Source: Anthoceros angustus (Eukaryota > Plantae > Anthocerotophyta). From it: a stretch of DNA of 64,000 nt. The notes below the pieces were generated by a model. The model had not been told where the DNA came from. It saw only the letters and a program-made list of their open reading frames with translations, and searched no databases. How positions within the stretch are numbered: position 1 is the stretch's first letter; every line of letters starts with the position of its first letter. Of the stretch, positions 35,101 to 50,100 are shown piece by piece. The DNA is taken from NCBI GenBank assembly GCA_010909165.1, contig VJWM01000068.1, positions 1,178,001 through 1,242,000 on the forward strand, in the 5' to 3' direction. The translations under genes and the position numbers were made by a program.

Positions 35101-38100
35101 TTTGTTCCACTTGTGGCCAGCCAGCCACACTAAGTCCAACTGCCATGTGGCCAAGGTGCACATGCTCGCCACGAGGAGGAGGAAGAGGATCGCGGAGGAT
35201 ACCTAGATCCGTGAGGTTTCCCAGGACAACAAGATTCCCAAGACCGCCCATCCATCGATGCTGCGAAATTCCATGGGGCCGCATTCAGAATAACCAAGTG
35301 CCTGTGGTAACCAAGCAACGGTGTGGTTCGCTACAACCGTAGGGGCTTTGGTCATTATGCAAATAGTCGCTCATCAAGACAAGAGCCAATGGTGACTACG
35401 AACGGCGTGCAAGACCGCAAACAATGTGGTCATGTAGCGGGAGTGTCACTTGCCCAAACCGAGGAAGATCGCTCAATTGCTCAACCACCGTGAGGGGTTC
35501 GCAAAGATCAAGGAGCTGCGCCATGCACGTGGAGGATGCCCTTATGGTCGCTTTGGGAGGATGCGGAAGCCATGGTGTTGCGGAGCTAGATGGACGGAGG
35601 AGACTACTACGGAGAGGTCAGCCATGGTCAGGCGCACTAGGAATGAAAAGCTAGGAGGAAGTGGAAGAAGAAAGAGACGGAGGTGCACCACAAAGTCAAG
35701 AGAGCACTCCAAGCCCGGAGGGAACGGATCTAGAGGAGACACTTGAGAAGGAGAACCCCGAGAAGGAAGAATCAAGGAGTGAATCGCCTGGGGCCATGGA
35801 GAAAAGAAGTTCCAAAGAAAAGGGAGAGGAAACCCGAGTTTCCACCGGACGCGCCGGAAGTCATGGAGATGATAGAGGAGGAATTGACCAAGACAAACAA
35901 ACCGCCGAGCTCGTGATCCCGGAGACCGCAGAAGTCCTCCGGTTAGCAACCGCTAAGGCGGCCGCTGTTAAGCAACGCCGACGTTGCTAAGGGAGCAACC
36001 GCGATCGGAAGAAGGAGGGACCGATCGAGGACCATTTAACCTTGCCAAGCCATCATGGATCGCTTTGCTATCACGCTTTGGTCAACTATTGAAGGACAAC
36101 CAAGCAGTGCAACAAGTTCGAGGGCCTTGCAAGAAGCGCAACCCAAGAGGAAGAGGCGATTGCCCAAGCCAGACCAAGGGTGCCGACTACCAACCTAGTG
36201 TCCATGATAGACCAAGGGCCGCCGAGTCAAGTGAGATCACCGTCATCAAGTTCCTCGATTGGATCGGATCCGGTGAACATCATGACGGAAGCAATAGCAA
36301 GGAAGCTTGGGTTGGACATTGAGCATACCACAAGGCCGAGATTGGTGACATGTCAAAAATGCACTGTGGGAGAATCAAGGAGTAACCACCATCATAGGGA
36401 CCATTCCCTATCTCATGGACTATGTGGTTATCCAAGACAAGGCGCTGTGGTACGACATCCTATTGGGAAGGACTTCAGATGGCTCAAGATGCAAGATGAC
36501 TTGGGGAGGAAGGAAGTGGCTTTTAAGCCAATGGATTGGGACCCCAAGACGAAGGAGGCGAATTTGTTTGAGTTGGAGCAGGATACCACTGGGGAGACTC
36601 CTACAAAGAACGGAAGGATACACATCACCGGAGAAACATCCGACTGGAGGAAGAAGGAGAACTGGACAAATTTCCTTTGCACATATCGCATGGTCGATGA
36701 GGAGGAAGAGTATAGGAGGGATATCCCTTACTCCCTCAATTTGGTGGACGCTTTGGTTCATGGAGGACTGCACTGAGGAGAGGAGCGCAAGAACACTGCT
36801 AACGAGGCGCTAAGGAAGCATCACCGACAGCAAGGAAGCAGATTCTCGACAGTCTAAGGAAGGGATCGAGGACCGAACAGTGAGAGGGTGAGCCAGGATC
36901 ATTCGATTCACCTCTGAGGACCTATTTAGGGAGTGGGGCATGAGGGAAGAGGACCCTCGTGAACCGGAGGAAGGATTTGGTGAGAGTTCAGCACCCGTGG
37001 AGCGAGAGTGGGTACAAGCGGACGAGATTAAGGATGTGGAGGTGTTGCCCGGGAAGGTGCTGAAGTTTGCACGACAGCTGGACCCAGCGTTGGAGGAAGG
37101 AATGAAACAGCCGAGTTCATCGACGTGTTTGCCTCGAGGTGATGATATGAAGGGATTCCCAAGAAGTGGGGAGCATAGGATCGATTTGGAGCCGTGAGCG
37201 ACTCCGCGAATTCCCCAATACAAGCCGAACCCAAAGTACTCTCAAGGTGAAGGAGCAGCTTGAATTGTACTTGAAGGCGACGCCATCTATCCAATCGTCA
37301 ACACGGAGTGGGTGGCTGTTGTGGTTCAAGAAGCTACCGGAAAGATTCGAGTATGCAAGACCGGAGGAAGCTCAACAAAGCAACCAAGAAGGACCATTTC
37401 CTCCGCCATTCATCGACAACATCCCGGACTTGGTGGTGGAAGATGTGTACTCGTTCTTGACGCACGGGTACAATCAACGCACTTGAGGGAGAGTGACTGC
37501 CTCTAACAGCCTTCACACGGATTGGGGACCTTCGCATACAAGAGGAGTGCGTCGGATTGACGGAGCGCACGGTTCCTTCATGCGAGCATGGTTGAGATCT
37601 TCAAGGAGTATCTCCACAAGTTCATGGAGGTATTCCTAGATGATTTTTGTGTGTTTGGGAGTGTGGAGGAGCACCGGATCACTTGCGAGTTGGCGAGGTG
37701 TCGTGAAACTCAACTTTGCCTACATCCCGAAAAATGCTACTTTGGCATGCGGGAGGGATTTTGTTGGGGCATGAATTTCAAAGACGAGGCATCAAGTTGA
37801 TCCGCATAAGGTGAAGATGATTGTTGCCCGAAGCTCCAACAACTCTCAAGGAACTCCGGGGTTCCTTGGCATGGTGGGCTACTACGCTTTGTGCCTAACT
37901 TTGCTAGGAGGGCTGCTCCGACCAGCTTGTTGAGGAAGGACCAAGAGTGGACCGACTGAGAGGAGGCAAGATTTCAAGATTTGAGGACCACGTTGGTACT
38001 TTCAACCCTCAAGGGACCGGATCGAACAAGAAGTTCCATGTACGTGATGTTTCCGCGCCATTGGTACGCCTTGAGCCTGGATGACAAGAAGAGGGACTAC

Positions 38101-39685
38101 CCAATCTACTACGCAGACTAACTCACCGATGCGGAGCGCAAGTACACAACAATCGAAAGGGAAGCCCTTGGGATGGTGTATTCAAGAAGGAAGTTTCGCC
38201 ATTATCTCCTCTCCTATGAGTTTGTGTTCCATGTTGACCATTTTGCTCTCAAGCATCTTGTCAACAAGGCGGATCTTCGTCGCATAGCTGCTGGATCTTC
38301 TGCTGCAAGAGTTCACATTCACGGTGGAGACACGTGAGGGGAAGAAGCATGTGAATGCCGACTACTTGTCTCGCTTGAAGACGGAGAAGGTGGAGCGTGA
38401 TCAAGAAGATCATTTTCCGGATGAAGCTTTCTTGCCGGAGGAAGAGGAGAGTGCTAGGCCCAATGCCAAGTTGATCGGAAACGGAGGTACAAAGACCAAA
38501 TGAGAAGGGAGGGAGAAGTTTGCAGCCAGCCTATGAGGAGGTCTTTCGCTTTTAGCAACAGTCGGATACACTGCATCTCACAACAAAGAATGAGGTTGTT
38601 CTATACTTCTCCGCACTGCTGTTAAGCGAGACAAGCCGCATGGTGGTAGGGCCGATGGAGTTGAGAGGTTGTGGGTCAAGGATGGTCAAAAGGACCGGGT
38701 TCTCGCCTTGCATGAGGAGGAGGCCGGAGGTCACCACGCCAACGTGACTGTAAGAAGATCTTGGAGGCGGTATTGGTGGCCAACCTTGCACATAGATGCT
38801 AGGGAGTTCACTGCTGCCAGGATGCATGTCAAAGGGTTGGGAAGCCAACCAGACCACAAAGGGCCATTGGTCCCTATCCTAGCCTTGGCGCCTTTGAAAA
38901 GTGGGGATTGACTGGCCGATTCACCCAAGACCAAGGGGAGCCAAAATCAATATATTCGTAGCAACGGACTCACTGCAGCATGGTGGAAGCTCAAGCCTTG
39001 CCCGTGGACACAGAAATGTGGTGGCTGTGTTCTTGTTTGAGTACATCATTACAAGGTACCGTTGGAATTGGTTAGAATGTGGGTACCCATTTCATCAACG
39101 AGGTGATCTCACACATGGTGAAGTATTTCAACATCACCACAGGAAGACCACCCCTACAACCCCAAGGCGAATGGACTCACGGAGAAAGCTAATGGATTGC
39201 TTTGGTGATCCTCAACAAGTTAACCATCACCTACACCTACGATTGGGACCGAAGCTTCACTCGCCAGGGCGACAGGGCGGAGAAGGTGACCACACAATGA
39301 CTCTACTACCTCACCTATGGGCACTCACCACCATGCCCATTGAGTTTGAAGTGCCAACGTTGAGAGTCCAAGAGCATAAGAGGATGACGGTGGAGGAGAG
39401 CCGCTTGGAGAGGCTCATAGGCTTTGTTCAGACATGGAGGACAGGAACAAGCCTTGGCACAGTAACGCCCAAGGGAAGAGGAAGGAATGGCATGACCTAA
39501 GTCGCAAAAACAAGAGTACGTTGTTCGGGACTTGGCGTGATGACAGTGTACATGCACTTCCTCGAAGCATCTTAGATGGATGGGTCCCTGCTGTGGTGCA
39601 AGTGTTCGACAATGGATCCATACAACCGCAACTTGATGGACTCGCTACAACTGTGGTCAATGGTTGGCGCGTGAAGAAGTATTAA
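32175..39685 (+). pseudogene. gag-pol of the gypsy element, frameshifted; gag region duplicated
   Basis: gag ETLQAYVERFLNL and a CSTCGQP..H...C knuckle (copies at ~32.2-34.0 and ~34.0-35.8 kb); protease SGVNIMTEAIARKLGL (~36270); RT FMEVFLDDFCVFG (~37600); RNase H EREALGMVY and NADYLSRL (~38.1-38.4 kb); integrase HEEEAGGH, WWPTLH, MPIEFEVPTLR, VNGWRVKKY. No chromodomain seen. Confidence 0.92.
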
Positions 39686-39705
39686 TAAGTTGGGGGACGC
39701 CAACA

Positions 39706-39720
39706 AATGAGAAGGGAGTA
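39706..39720 (+). promoter_or_regulatory. Polypurine tract
   Basis: aatgagaagggagta immediately before the TG of the 3' LTR. Confidence 0.75.
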
Positions 39721-42700
39721 TGTGGTGACCACATGGGTACTCGGACCCCTGAAAGGAGTGTTTTTTTGTTTTGTGTTTAAGTTAGAATCGTGGAGTTGGA
39801 ATGTGAAGTAGGTTAGGAAATAAAGAAAAGTCTACTAGAGCCTAGTAGGAGGAAGAGAGTCTAGTCCCGATCCCGGATGTAACCTGAGGGTTGCTCGACC
39901 GTTGCTAACGCGTTGCTAGGGCTGCTACATACTTGCCGCTATGACCACAACCGACCGGAGCCTGCTATGGTAGCAACCAAGTTGGAGTTTCTTTTCGATG
40001 ACTTCGAAAATCCAATCGATGGAATCACAAGGAATACCCAAACGGAAGTAACGGGGTCCTGGCAATTAAGTCCAAGTATGGAAGAGTATTTGCATCGAAT
40101 CCAGCGATCGAAGACGGCGCCGCTACCGAATTCGAGCGCGAGTGGGTGGAGGCCGGAGCGAACGCCGGACGGATGCAAGGCGAGGTGTCGCAATGATCGT
40201 GAAGTCGCCAGCCGAACGAGCGCCAGCAGAGACCAAACCGGGTTTGGCAGGATTGAGAGGGGGGCCGGAGGAAGCGGAGCGCGAACTGAGGCAGACCCTG
40301 GCCGAGGCGGCGAATGAAGGTCTGGGGAGAACGCCGAAGTGCGGCCGGGCAATGGGAGGGCAGTGGGCGGCCAGAAATCGCCCATCGAGTGGGGAGTAAT
40401 CGGGTGCAACTCCGGAGAAGGCTAGGCGGGCGTCGTGTGGACTGGTGCCGCAGAAGCTAACAAGAGCAGGCAAGTCGGAGGGCTGTGAAGGGGCCGGGAA
40501 CCGGGCCCGCAGAAAAGAGAAGTGTGCAACGGGCAGAATCGAGGCACGCACTCGGGAGGTCGCGGGGCAAGACAAAGCGCACTAGGGTCGCCGCTCAACT
40601 GGTTGCAGGATACACCTCCAAGCCTCATACAACCGAGGTAGGCCGATGAGCCGATCGCCCGAGCCGAGGAGAGGAGCGCCTGTGGGTTTCACCCAGAGGA
40701 GCCGGGTGTCAAGAACGAAACGGGCTGAAGCATACAGCCGGACACCTTTGCTCCTGTAAGCTCTAAGCTTGTGTCATAGGACAGGAGCATGGCACCTAAG
40801 AAGAACCCTCCGGCCGCCATTGAGGCCATTACGACCCAATGGCCCAATATGGGGCAATCGGAGAGTGAAGGCGGGTCTTTAGTGGCTAAGCATCACGTCC
40901 TTCATGGACAAAAAGTGGTGCTACAATAGCCCCACGCTGGTTTTGGAGTGTGCAGCGCATGAGGGAGAAGGCCATTGGGGAAGGCAACGTGAGGACCAAC
41001 CCCGCACTGGAATATTCATGTTCCCGTTATGAGAGACCAAGAGGAATGTGGATAATCATTGACCTTTCAAAACCATCTCCTCAAAAGTCGCAGGAGGCAC
41101 AAGCGCCATTGCTCCCACATTGTCTAGAGTGGAGAATGGCCGGGTCACCAACAAGCTAGACCTCGCCGGGCCGGATTAGCCAGGATCCTGCTCTCACTCA
41201 CTAAGAAGCGGAGCACATTGTCGACCATTTCCTTGTCTTTCTATGAGGTGGTGAGAGGGTCCAAGATAGATTGGGCCAGGATGTTCTATGACACACATGT
41301 GGAGAGGGACCACTTGACCCTACCATCACCTAGCCTCCTCTATCTCCTTCTTAATCCACGTTTTGACCATGCCAAGTTGGAGGGAATGGAGATGGTCTCA
41401 CCTTTCATGGAGGCCGGTGTTTGAAAGAAGGAAGCCCAAAGAGGAGTGAGGAAGAGGCCATCTCCGTGGCACCGGGAGTGAAGATGAGAAGTCCAAGTGT
41501 CCATGAAAGGAATGTGACCGTGGCTAAGGTAGCACCGTTGCTAACAAGGCAACTCAGCTAAGGCCCCAACAGTACCAAGAGGAGCCGGGAGCAACGGGAC
41601 TCCAACAACACCTAGAGCCACAAGAGCGCACGGGAGCTCACCGATGTATAAGACAAGGGCAAGGCCAGGGCAAAGACTAATATCCCAGAGCCTGTGGGGG
41701 AAACCACAGTCAACAGGAGGAATCACCAACCCTTGGGCACCGAGCCGATCCGAGAAAGCGACACTGCTCAAGGTGGCTCAAGTATACCCCGAAGTTGTGA
41801 CAGGGGCGGTCACCAAGATAGGAAGGAGGGAGCCCATTCCCAAAGAAGGTTTGGGGACCTAACATCACCCTACAGGAGTTGGTTTCCTATGGCACGCACT
41901 AGAGATGGAAGATCGATAGCTCGTCCTCTCCTTGTTAGGTTTACAAGGGAAGCAACAGGGAGCAATGAGGAGCTCCAAGATGAAGAAGGAGAAGGAGGTT
42001 TTGGAGGGACGCCTAGCAGCTTGGAAGTGGAAATAGGAAGGTCCGAGAGAGTTGCAAGTCTAAGGACCGTGAAGCCTCATGGCTCACCTCCACACACGAG
42101 CACCATAGGAGAGCTGCAGAATGTTATTTCGGATGCACAAGTGCAGCCGAAACTCGGATGCCTCACGAGCCACAGAAGGAGAGGGACGAGGCTAGGAAAG
42201 GTCGGAAGGAGGCCAAGAGGGCTGTGGATTGCAAGGAGGGCCACCGTGAAGAGGCGAGGCTCCTATGGAAGAATCTTGCCGAGTTAGCAATGTACCGAGG
42301 AGGTTGCTAAGCAAGCAACCGCCGTTGCTAAGGCCCCAACAGTACCAAGAGGAGCCGGGAGCAACGGGACTCCAACACACCTAGAGCCACAAGAGCGCAC
42401 GGGAGCTCACCGACAAGCAAGACAAGGGCAAGGCCAGGCAGACCAATATCCAGAGCCTGGGGGAAACCACAGTCAACAGGAGGAATCACCCAACCCTTGG
42501 GCACGCCGAGTGATCCGAGAAAGCGACCACTGCTCAAGGGTGGCTTTCAAGTATACCCCGGAAGTTGTGACAGGGGCGTCACCGGGCAGATAGGAAGGAG
42601 GGAGCCCATTCCCGAAGGTTTGGGGACCTAACATCACCCGGAGTTGGTTTCCTATGGCACGCACTGTGAGATGGAAGATCGATAGCTCGTCCTCTCCTTG

Positions 42701-45700
42701 TTAGGTTTACAAGGGAAGCAACAGGGAGCAATGAGGAGCTCCAAGATGAAGAAGGAGAAGGAGGTTTTGAGGGACGCCTAGCAGCTTGGAAGTGGAAATA
42801 GGAAGGTCCGAGAGAGTTGCAGTCTAAGGACCGTGAAGCCCTCATGGCTCACACGAGCACCATAGGAGAGCTGCAGAATGTTATTTCGGATGCACAAGTG
42901 CAGCCGAAACTCGGATGCCTCACGAGCCACAGAAGGAGAGGGACGAGGCTAGGAAAGGTCGGAAGGAGGCCAAGAGGGCTGTGGATTGCAAGGAGGGCCA
43001 CCGTGAAGAGGCGAGGCTCCTATGGAAGAATCTTGCCGAGTTAGCAATGTACCGAGGAGGTTGCTAAGCAAGCAACCGCCGTTGCTAAGGCCCCAACAGT
43101 ACCAAGAGGAGCCGGGGAGCAACGGGACTCCAACACACCTAGAGCCACAAGAGCGCACGGGAGCTCACCGACAAGCAAGACAAGGGCAAGGCCAGGCAGA
43201 CCAATATCCAGAGCCTGGGGGAAACCACAGTCAACAGGAGGAATCACCCAACCCTTGGGCACGCCGAGTGATCCGAGAAAGCGACCACTGCTCAAGGGTG
43301 GCTTTCAAGTATACCCGGTTGTGACAGGGGCGTCACCGGGCAGATAGGAAGGAGGGAGCCCATTCCCGAAGGTTTGGGGACCTAACATCACCCGGAGTTG
43401 GTTTCCTATGGCACGCACTGTGAGATGGAAGATCGATAGCTCGTCCTCTCCTTGTTAGGTTTACAGCGCAGAAGGAAGCAACAGGGAGCAATGGAGGAGC
43501 TCCATGAAGAAGGAGAAGGAGGTTTTGGAGGGACGCCTGCTTGGAAGTGGAAATAGGAAGGTCCGAGAGAGTTGCGCAAGTCTAAGGACCAGAAGCCCTC
43601 ATGGCTCGCCTCCGACACAGCACCATAGGGAGCTGCAGAATGTTATTTCGATGCACAAGTGCCGAAACCGGATGCCTCGCCGAGCGCCAAGAAGGAGAGA
43701 GGGACGAGGCTAGGAAAGGTCGGAAGGAGGCCAAGAGGGCTGGATTGCAAGGAGGGCCACCGTGGAAGAGGCGAGGCTCCTATGGAAGAATCTTGCCGAG
43801 TTAGCACGAGGAGGTTGCTAAGCAACCGCCGTTGCTAGGAAGCAACAGCCTGCACTGCTGCTAGGGAAGCAACAGAATAAGCTCCAAGACCAAAGCCACA
43901 AGAAGGAAGAAAGGGCAAGAAGATCGGAGGAGGACAACAGGGGAGCGGGTAAGCACCGCCTAAGAAGTCTAACTTCCCAATGGTGCATTAGATTGAGGGA
44001 TGCTTATCAAGATAATCATGTGCCCGGATTCTCCTTGGAGAGAAGATTGTCACCGAAAGTTTATGTTGTTGTGGGCACAGGAGGGACATGGAGGTACTTG
44101 ATCCATGCCTTGACGGCACCGGATCCTACCTATGGGTTGGACTCACGGAGGAGACTCACCGACCCATCCAGGATTCAAGAGCTCACCGAGGAGGAGTACT
44201 GATGCGGCGAGCACAAGAGAGGGAGGAGTCCAGCTGAGGAAGTGGAGATTTTGTGGGAGAGATTGCCCAACCAGCCAAGAGGGAAGAGCAAGAGGAGAAC
44301 ATGGGCTAGGCGGCCTAGGAGGCCTGTGAGGGATAATAGGGGTAAGTGGCTCAAATAGATGAAGGCCCATGTGTTATAGATCATCTTCCTCATAGTGGAT
44401 AGAATTAAGAGATAGGCCTCTAGGATTGGTGTAGACCGATTGGTATTTTTGGCAAGCAGCCAAGCTACTTTTGTGGGGTGATCTTGGGTATAAGAGGCAG
44501 CCTCTTGATGAAATGCAAGCAATGTTGGCCTAAAGTCTCGGTGTTTGGGGTGAGCACGGGGTTTGGGGGTACCTGACCCAAGGCTGTGAGTCTAGGCACC
44601 GCTTCCGCCACAGTGAGGAGCCGAGAAGACTACTGTTGCCCAGATCCGTGTGACCGATCCGCAAGAGTGGTGGAAAGCAAGGGAGGGAACTGTGGTCTCC
44701 TTGGGGAGTTCCCAAGGATAAGAGGAAGGGGTTGTGAAGCCGGGAGGCTGTCCATTCCTTACTCATTCTCTGCCTTGTCTAGTACTCACCTTGTGTTTGA
44801 GTTTTCAGGTGTCGAGGTCATGTGGGAAAAGGAGACAAGGCGGGAGCCTGTGGGTGGAAGAGAAGGTCAAGTGAGACGGAACCGTGGGTTTGTATGCTTG
44901 GAAAATGTGAGCGAAAAGTGAACCGTGGGTTTGTATGCTTGGAAAATGTGAGCGAAAAGTGAGTGTGAGAGGAGTGGAAAATGGACATGGAGAGTTGTAC
45001 ATTGTGGAGAGAAGTAAGAGGGATTGGAGAAGACTAAGTGATGTTTGCTGAGAAAGTGGAGATTGAATGAGGCCGTGAGGTGTGAGAACAAGGAGCAAGG
45101 GGTTGCAGAGGAAACTTGGGGGAGCGGGTAAGCACCGCCTAAGAAGTCTAACTTCCCAATGGTGCATTAGATTGAGGGATGCTTATCAAGATAATCATGT
45201 GCCCGGATTCTCCTTGGCCGGAGAGAAGATTGTCACCCGAAAGTTTATGTTGTTGTACATGTGAGGGACATGGAGGTACTTGATCCATGCCTTGACGGCA
45301 CGGATCCTACCTATGGGTTGGACTCACGGGAGACTTTCACCGACCCATCCAGATTCAAGAGCTCACCGAGGAGGAGTACTGAGCACAAGAGAGGGAAGAG
45401 TCCAGAGGAAGTGGAGATTTTGAGAGATTGCCCAACCAGCCAAGAGGGAAGAGCAAGAGGAGAACATGGGCCTAGGCCTAGGAGGCCTGTGGAGGGATAA
45501 TAGGGTAAGTGGCCTCAAATAGATGAAGGCCCATGTGTTATAGATCGATCTTCCTCATAGTGGATAGAATTAAGAGATAGGCCTCTAGGACTGTAGGCTA
45601 GACTGACAGTATTTTTGGCAGCCAAGCTACTTTTGGGTCTCGGGTATAAGAGGCAGCCTCTTGATGAAATGCAAGCAATGTTGGCCTAAAGTCTCGGTGT

Positions 45701-46768
45701 TTGGAGCACGGGGTTTGGGGGTACCTGACCCAAGGCTGTGAGTCTAGCACCGCTCACAGGAGGAGCCGAGAAGACTACTGTTGCCCAGATCCGTGTGACC
45801 GATCCGCAAGAGTGGTGGAAAGCAAGGAGGGAACTGTGGTCTCCTTGGGGAGTTCCCAAGGATAAGAGGAAGGGGTTGTGAAGCCGGGAGGCTGTCCATT
45901 CCTTACTCATTCCTTCTTAGTACTCACCTTGTGTTTGAGTTTTCAGGTGTCGAGGTCATGTGGGAAAAGGAGACAAGGGGAGCCCGTGTGGGTGGAAGAG
46001 AAGGTCAAGTGAGACGGAACCGTGGGTTTGTATGCTTGGAAAATGTGAGCGAAAAGTGAACTGTGAGAGGAGTGGAAAATGCCGGACATGGAGAGTTGCC
46101 GATCATGAGAGAAGTAAGAGGGATTGGAGAAGACTGAAGTGATGTTTGCTGAGAAAGTGGAGATTGAATGAGGCCGTGAGGTGTGAGAACAAGGAGCGAA
46201 GGGGTTGCAGAGAAACTTGGGGAGTATGGAGAGAGAGGCAAGAGGTACCTGTGGAGCCGTGGAGAGCCTGGGAGGACTGTATGAAGCTTGGGAGGAAAGC
46301 TGAAAGGTTGAGGGAAGAAAGAGAGATCCGGGAAGAGAGTAAGGAGGTGGGGTGTGTGATCGGTAACCCCGATTGGTGGATCTGACTTTGTGGAAGGATA
46401 AGAGAGAGGGTGTCCAATCTACCCACTTGACCCCAAGTGGGCCCCCACCTTCTATTAATAGCCAGCCCGAACCCGAGATGGGCCCCGCTACTAAAATAGA
46501 GGGTGGTTGCTAAGATAGCAACTGGGCGCCGCTGCTAAGGTAGCAACAGTGGTCGCGGCTAAGATAGCCATGTGTCCGAGTGTTGTTAGGATAGTAGCTT
46601 GGTCTCAGAGTCGCTAGATGTTTTGTATGTCCGTGTTTGGTTGGATTGGCTATGTTTTGGTTGTCTTGACACGAAATCACTCCCTTGGGTACGAATCTCA
46701 AGTCTACAACGATAAAGAGGGTAAATGTGGCCTCTTTGTGACCACTTGGTTTAGAAAATCACTCCACA
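39721..46768 (+). repeat. 3' LTR, 7048 bp (5' LTR sequence plus internal tandem duplications)
   Basis: Same termini as the 5' LTR; extra copies at ~41.5-43.8 kb (~750-bp units) and ~44-46.4 kb. Confidence 0.9.
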
Positions 46769-47126
46769 ACCCCCTACATATAAATTGTCATTAAACCGCT
46801 ACGCTGGGAAACCCTTGCCACGAAACCTCCAATATGAAATGGCAACATAAAGGTGTGCCACATCCTCGGAAACCCCTCGGTCATGAAATAGCGGACATCA
46901 GGTGCCTGTGCATCTCGGCATTCCCCATGGCTACTAGGCCATAGGAAGTGTAATGGTGGTCCGCAAATGACGGCACGCAATTTAGGTTGTGACATGAGTC
47001 CAATTGGAGTCGGTCCTGGTAATTAATGATCCCATTCCACAAAGAAACATATTTTGACCCATTTATAATTATGTGTATTTACCCAGTTGCACTGGGACCC
47101 CACTAGTCGACATGCCGTTTTTTCCC

Positions 47127-50100
47127 TTAGTCGACTTCAGAACTATCCCACCTAGCATGTATTGGTGTGCATATCATCCATTGCCGTCGTTCAACCATGA
47201 CGTCCCGATGGGCGAATGCCTGAGTGTCGTGCTCGGGAAATGTATACGGTCCTGTTCTGTGATCCCGACCGTATCTGCAAGGGCGTCTTGTATCCACTGA
47301 CCAGAACCGGCTGTAATCACGGACCATTGAGGGCGGGTCATGTGTTGGGTCACACTCGTACCAATGGATGTTTAGTATGAATGAATGGACGTCACCATCA
47401 CATTCCACTTGAGAACACATGTCGGCCAGTATTCTTGTTGCCGATGTCCCCAACCATCTCAAATGACCCATGGACCCGGTATCTGTGTTGCCCTTCGATT
47501 GGCATCTGCAGCCATTGTGCGAAAATGATACCCCTAAAATCTAGACCTCGATATTCCGTAACGACAAGTCGTGGCCCATTGCTCGAGCCTTAATTTGACC
47601 AAGTTTGGTTGTCATTCCATGCCCTTCGCAAGGCCTGCCCGAAACCACGTCTTGAAATCCACCTCATCATGTTGGGCATGTCTCTCGTCTTTGCTCACGA
47701 ATAGGCATCATAATTGCAGTGCAACAACAAGTACCGGTCACGGTAAGCTGATGGTCGGCATTAAGAGCCACTTGTTTGCCCATGCCAATCGGGCGTTCCT
47801 CATGATCACATCGTGCTCCGTGGCCGTATAAATGCCGATGTTCGGTGTGCTTCCGCCATGAACTCACTTGCATAATGCATTGCCTCCATTGCAATGTAAC
47901 CAGAAGCCATACTTCCCTCTGGTTTGGCACGCTGCCTAACATGATTTTTCAGGATAAGCATGTACCTTTCCATCGGGTACATCCACCGGGTATGAACAGT
48001 GCCAAATAATTCTACCTCCTCCATAGTACTGCATGATACAATGCCAATCATGGCTCTTGAGTCCGGTTACTTTTGGCCCTGCAAAGCACGAATTCAAGTT
48101 AGCGCCGTAGGTGGTCTCATTGCACATATCTCATCCTTCACGCTTGAAGATCATGCTTCAAGACATAAGAGCCTCCGCAAATGCAACATGTCGTCCTCCT
48201 CCACCGCCCATGGCTACTAGGCCATAGGAAGGAATGGTGGTCCGTGAAATGCAAGCATACGCAATTTAGGTTGTGACATGAGTCCAATTGAGTCGGTCCC
48301 GGTAATTAATGATCCCATTCCACAAAGAAACATATTTTGACCCATTTATAATTATGTATTTACCGCCAATCGGGGACCCCACTAGTCGACATGCTTTTTC
48401 CCTTAGTCGACGTAACTATCCCACCTAGCATGTATTGGTGCATATCATCCATTGCCGCCGTTTCACCATGACGTCCCGGCGGGCGAATGCACGAGTGACG
48501 TGCTCGGAAATGTATACGGTCCTGCTCGTGATCCCGACCGACCGCAAGGGCGCCTTGTATCCACCGAACCTACCGTAATCACGACGGACCATTGAGGCGG
48601 GTCATGTGTTGGGTCACACTGCATCAATGGATGTTTAGTATGAATGACCGGACCGACCATCACATTCCACTTCGAGAACCTGTAATATGCATCAAGTATT
48701 CTTGTTGCCGATGTCCCCAACCATCTCAAATGACCCATGGACCCTGCCCTGTGTTGCCCTTCGATTGGCATCCGCACCATTGTGCGAAAATGATACCCCT
48801 AAAATCTAGACCTCGATATTCAGAACGACAAGTCGTGGCCCATTGCTCGAGCCTTAATTTCGCCAAGTTTGGGTTGTCATTCCATGCCCCTTCTGCAAGG
48901 CCCCGCCCGAGCCACGCCTTGAAATCCACCTCATCATGTTGGGCATGTCTCGATCGCTCACGAATAGGCATCATAATTGCAGAGTGCAACAACAAGTACC
49001 GGCAAAGGGTCATGGGTCAAGATTAAGAGCCACTTGTTTGCCCATGCCAATCGGCGTCTCATGATCACATCGCTCACGACCGTATAAATGCCGATGTTCG
49101 TGCCCGCCATGAACTCACTTGCATAATGCATTGCCTCCATTGTAACAACCTATACTTCCTCCGTTTGGCACGCCGCCTAACATGATTTTTCGGATAAGCA
49201 TGTACCTTTCCATCGGGTACATCCATCGCAAGGAACAAGGCCAGCACCTACCTCCTCCATAGTCTTGCATGATACAATGCCAATCATGGCTCTTGAGTCC
49301 CATTTTTGGCCCCGCAGCACAATTCAAGTTAGCCCCAAGCCCGTAGGTGGTCTCATTGCACATATCTCATCCTTCACGCTTGAAGATCATCCGCTTCAAG
49401 ACATAAGAGGCCTCGGCAAATGCAACATGTCGCCCTCCTCCACCGCCACAACCATGGCTTGGAATCGTTTGTCTCCATATCTAAGCAGGTTGCAATGGTG
49501 TCACTCGACCGGTCAAAATTCCCCATATGGCCTTGGCATTGTTCACTTCTACATGCATTACATCCTTTGCCCATAGCTTGTGTATGTGGGTAAGATAAGG
49601 CAGCGTAGGATCGTGACTCATGGTTACTCCCACACTCGTGTTCCTCCTTTGCTGCATCGGCATCCAATTTGCATTTCAAGAGAACTTCGGGCTGCAAGTG
49701 GGCGTGGCGCATTTCGCATCTATTATCGAAAGCATCGATCAAAATGACCGTGGTGTCAAGTTGCTACACCATCGCGGGCACCAATGTACAAGATTTTGTC
49801 TAAGTCTGACCGGTGGCTCTAGGCCTATCGATCAATACACGCGAGTGACCGGACTTGCGGGCCAAGCAAATTTTCCATCGGGTACATCCATCCGGTATGA
49901 GAGTGCCAAATAATTCTACCTCCTCCATAATATCATATTGCATGATACAATGCCAATCATGGCTCTTGAGTCCGGTTACTTTTGGCCCCGCAGCACGAAT
50001 TCAAGTTAGCCCCAAGCCCGTAGGTGGTCTCATTGCACATATCATCCTTCACGCTTGAAGATCATGCTTCAAGACATAAGAGCCTCGGCAAATGCAACAT

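Larger units (their letters stand above)
27704..46768 (+). mobile_element. Ty3/gypsy LTR retrotransposon (non-chromovirus-like), full structure, 19.1 kb
   Basis: TG...CA LTRs, 5-bp ACCCC TSD (27699-27703 and 46769-46773), PBS, PPT, and domain order gag-PR-RT-RH-INT. Confidence 0.95.

Noticed and set aside
27704-46768. Dating the insertion from LTR-LTR divergence
   Set aside because: The differences are mostly small indels and duplications that may be sequencing or assembly error.
46774-46995. Idea that the gypsy inserted immediately after the TnpD stop codon
   Set aside because: Homology with the outer element places the TnpD end at ~47127; this small ORF is downstream of it.
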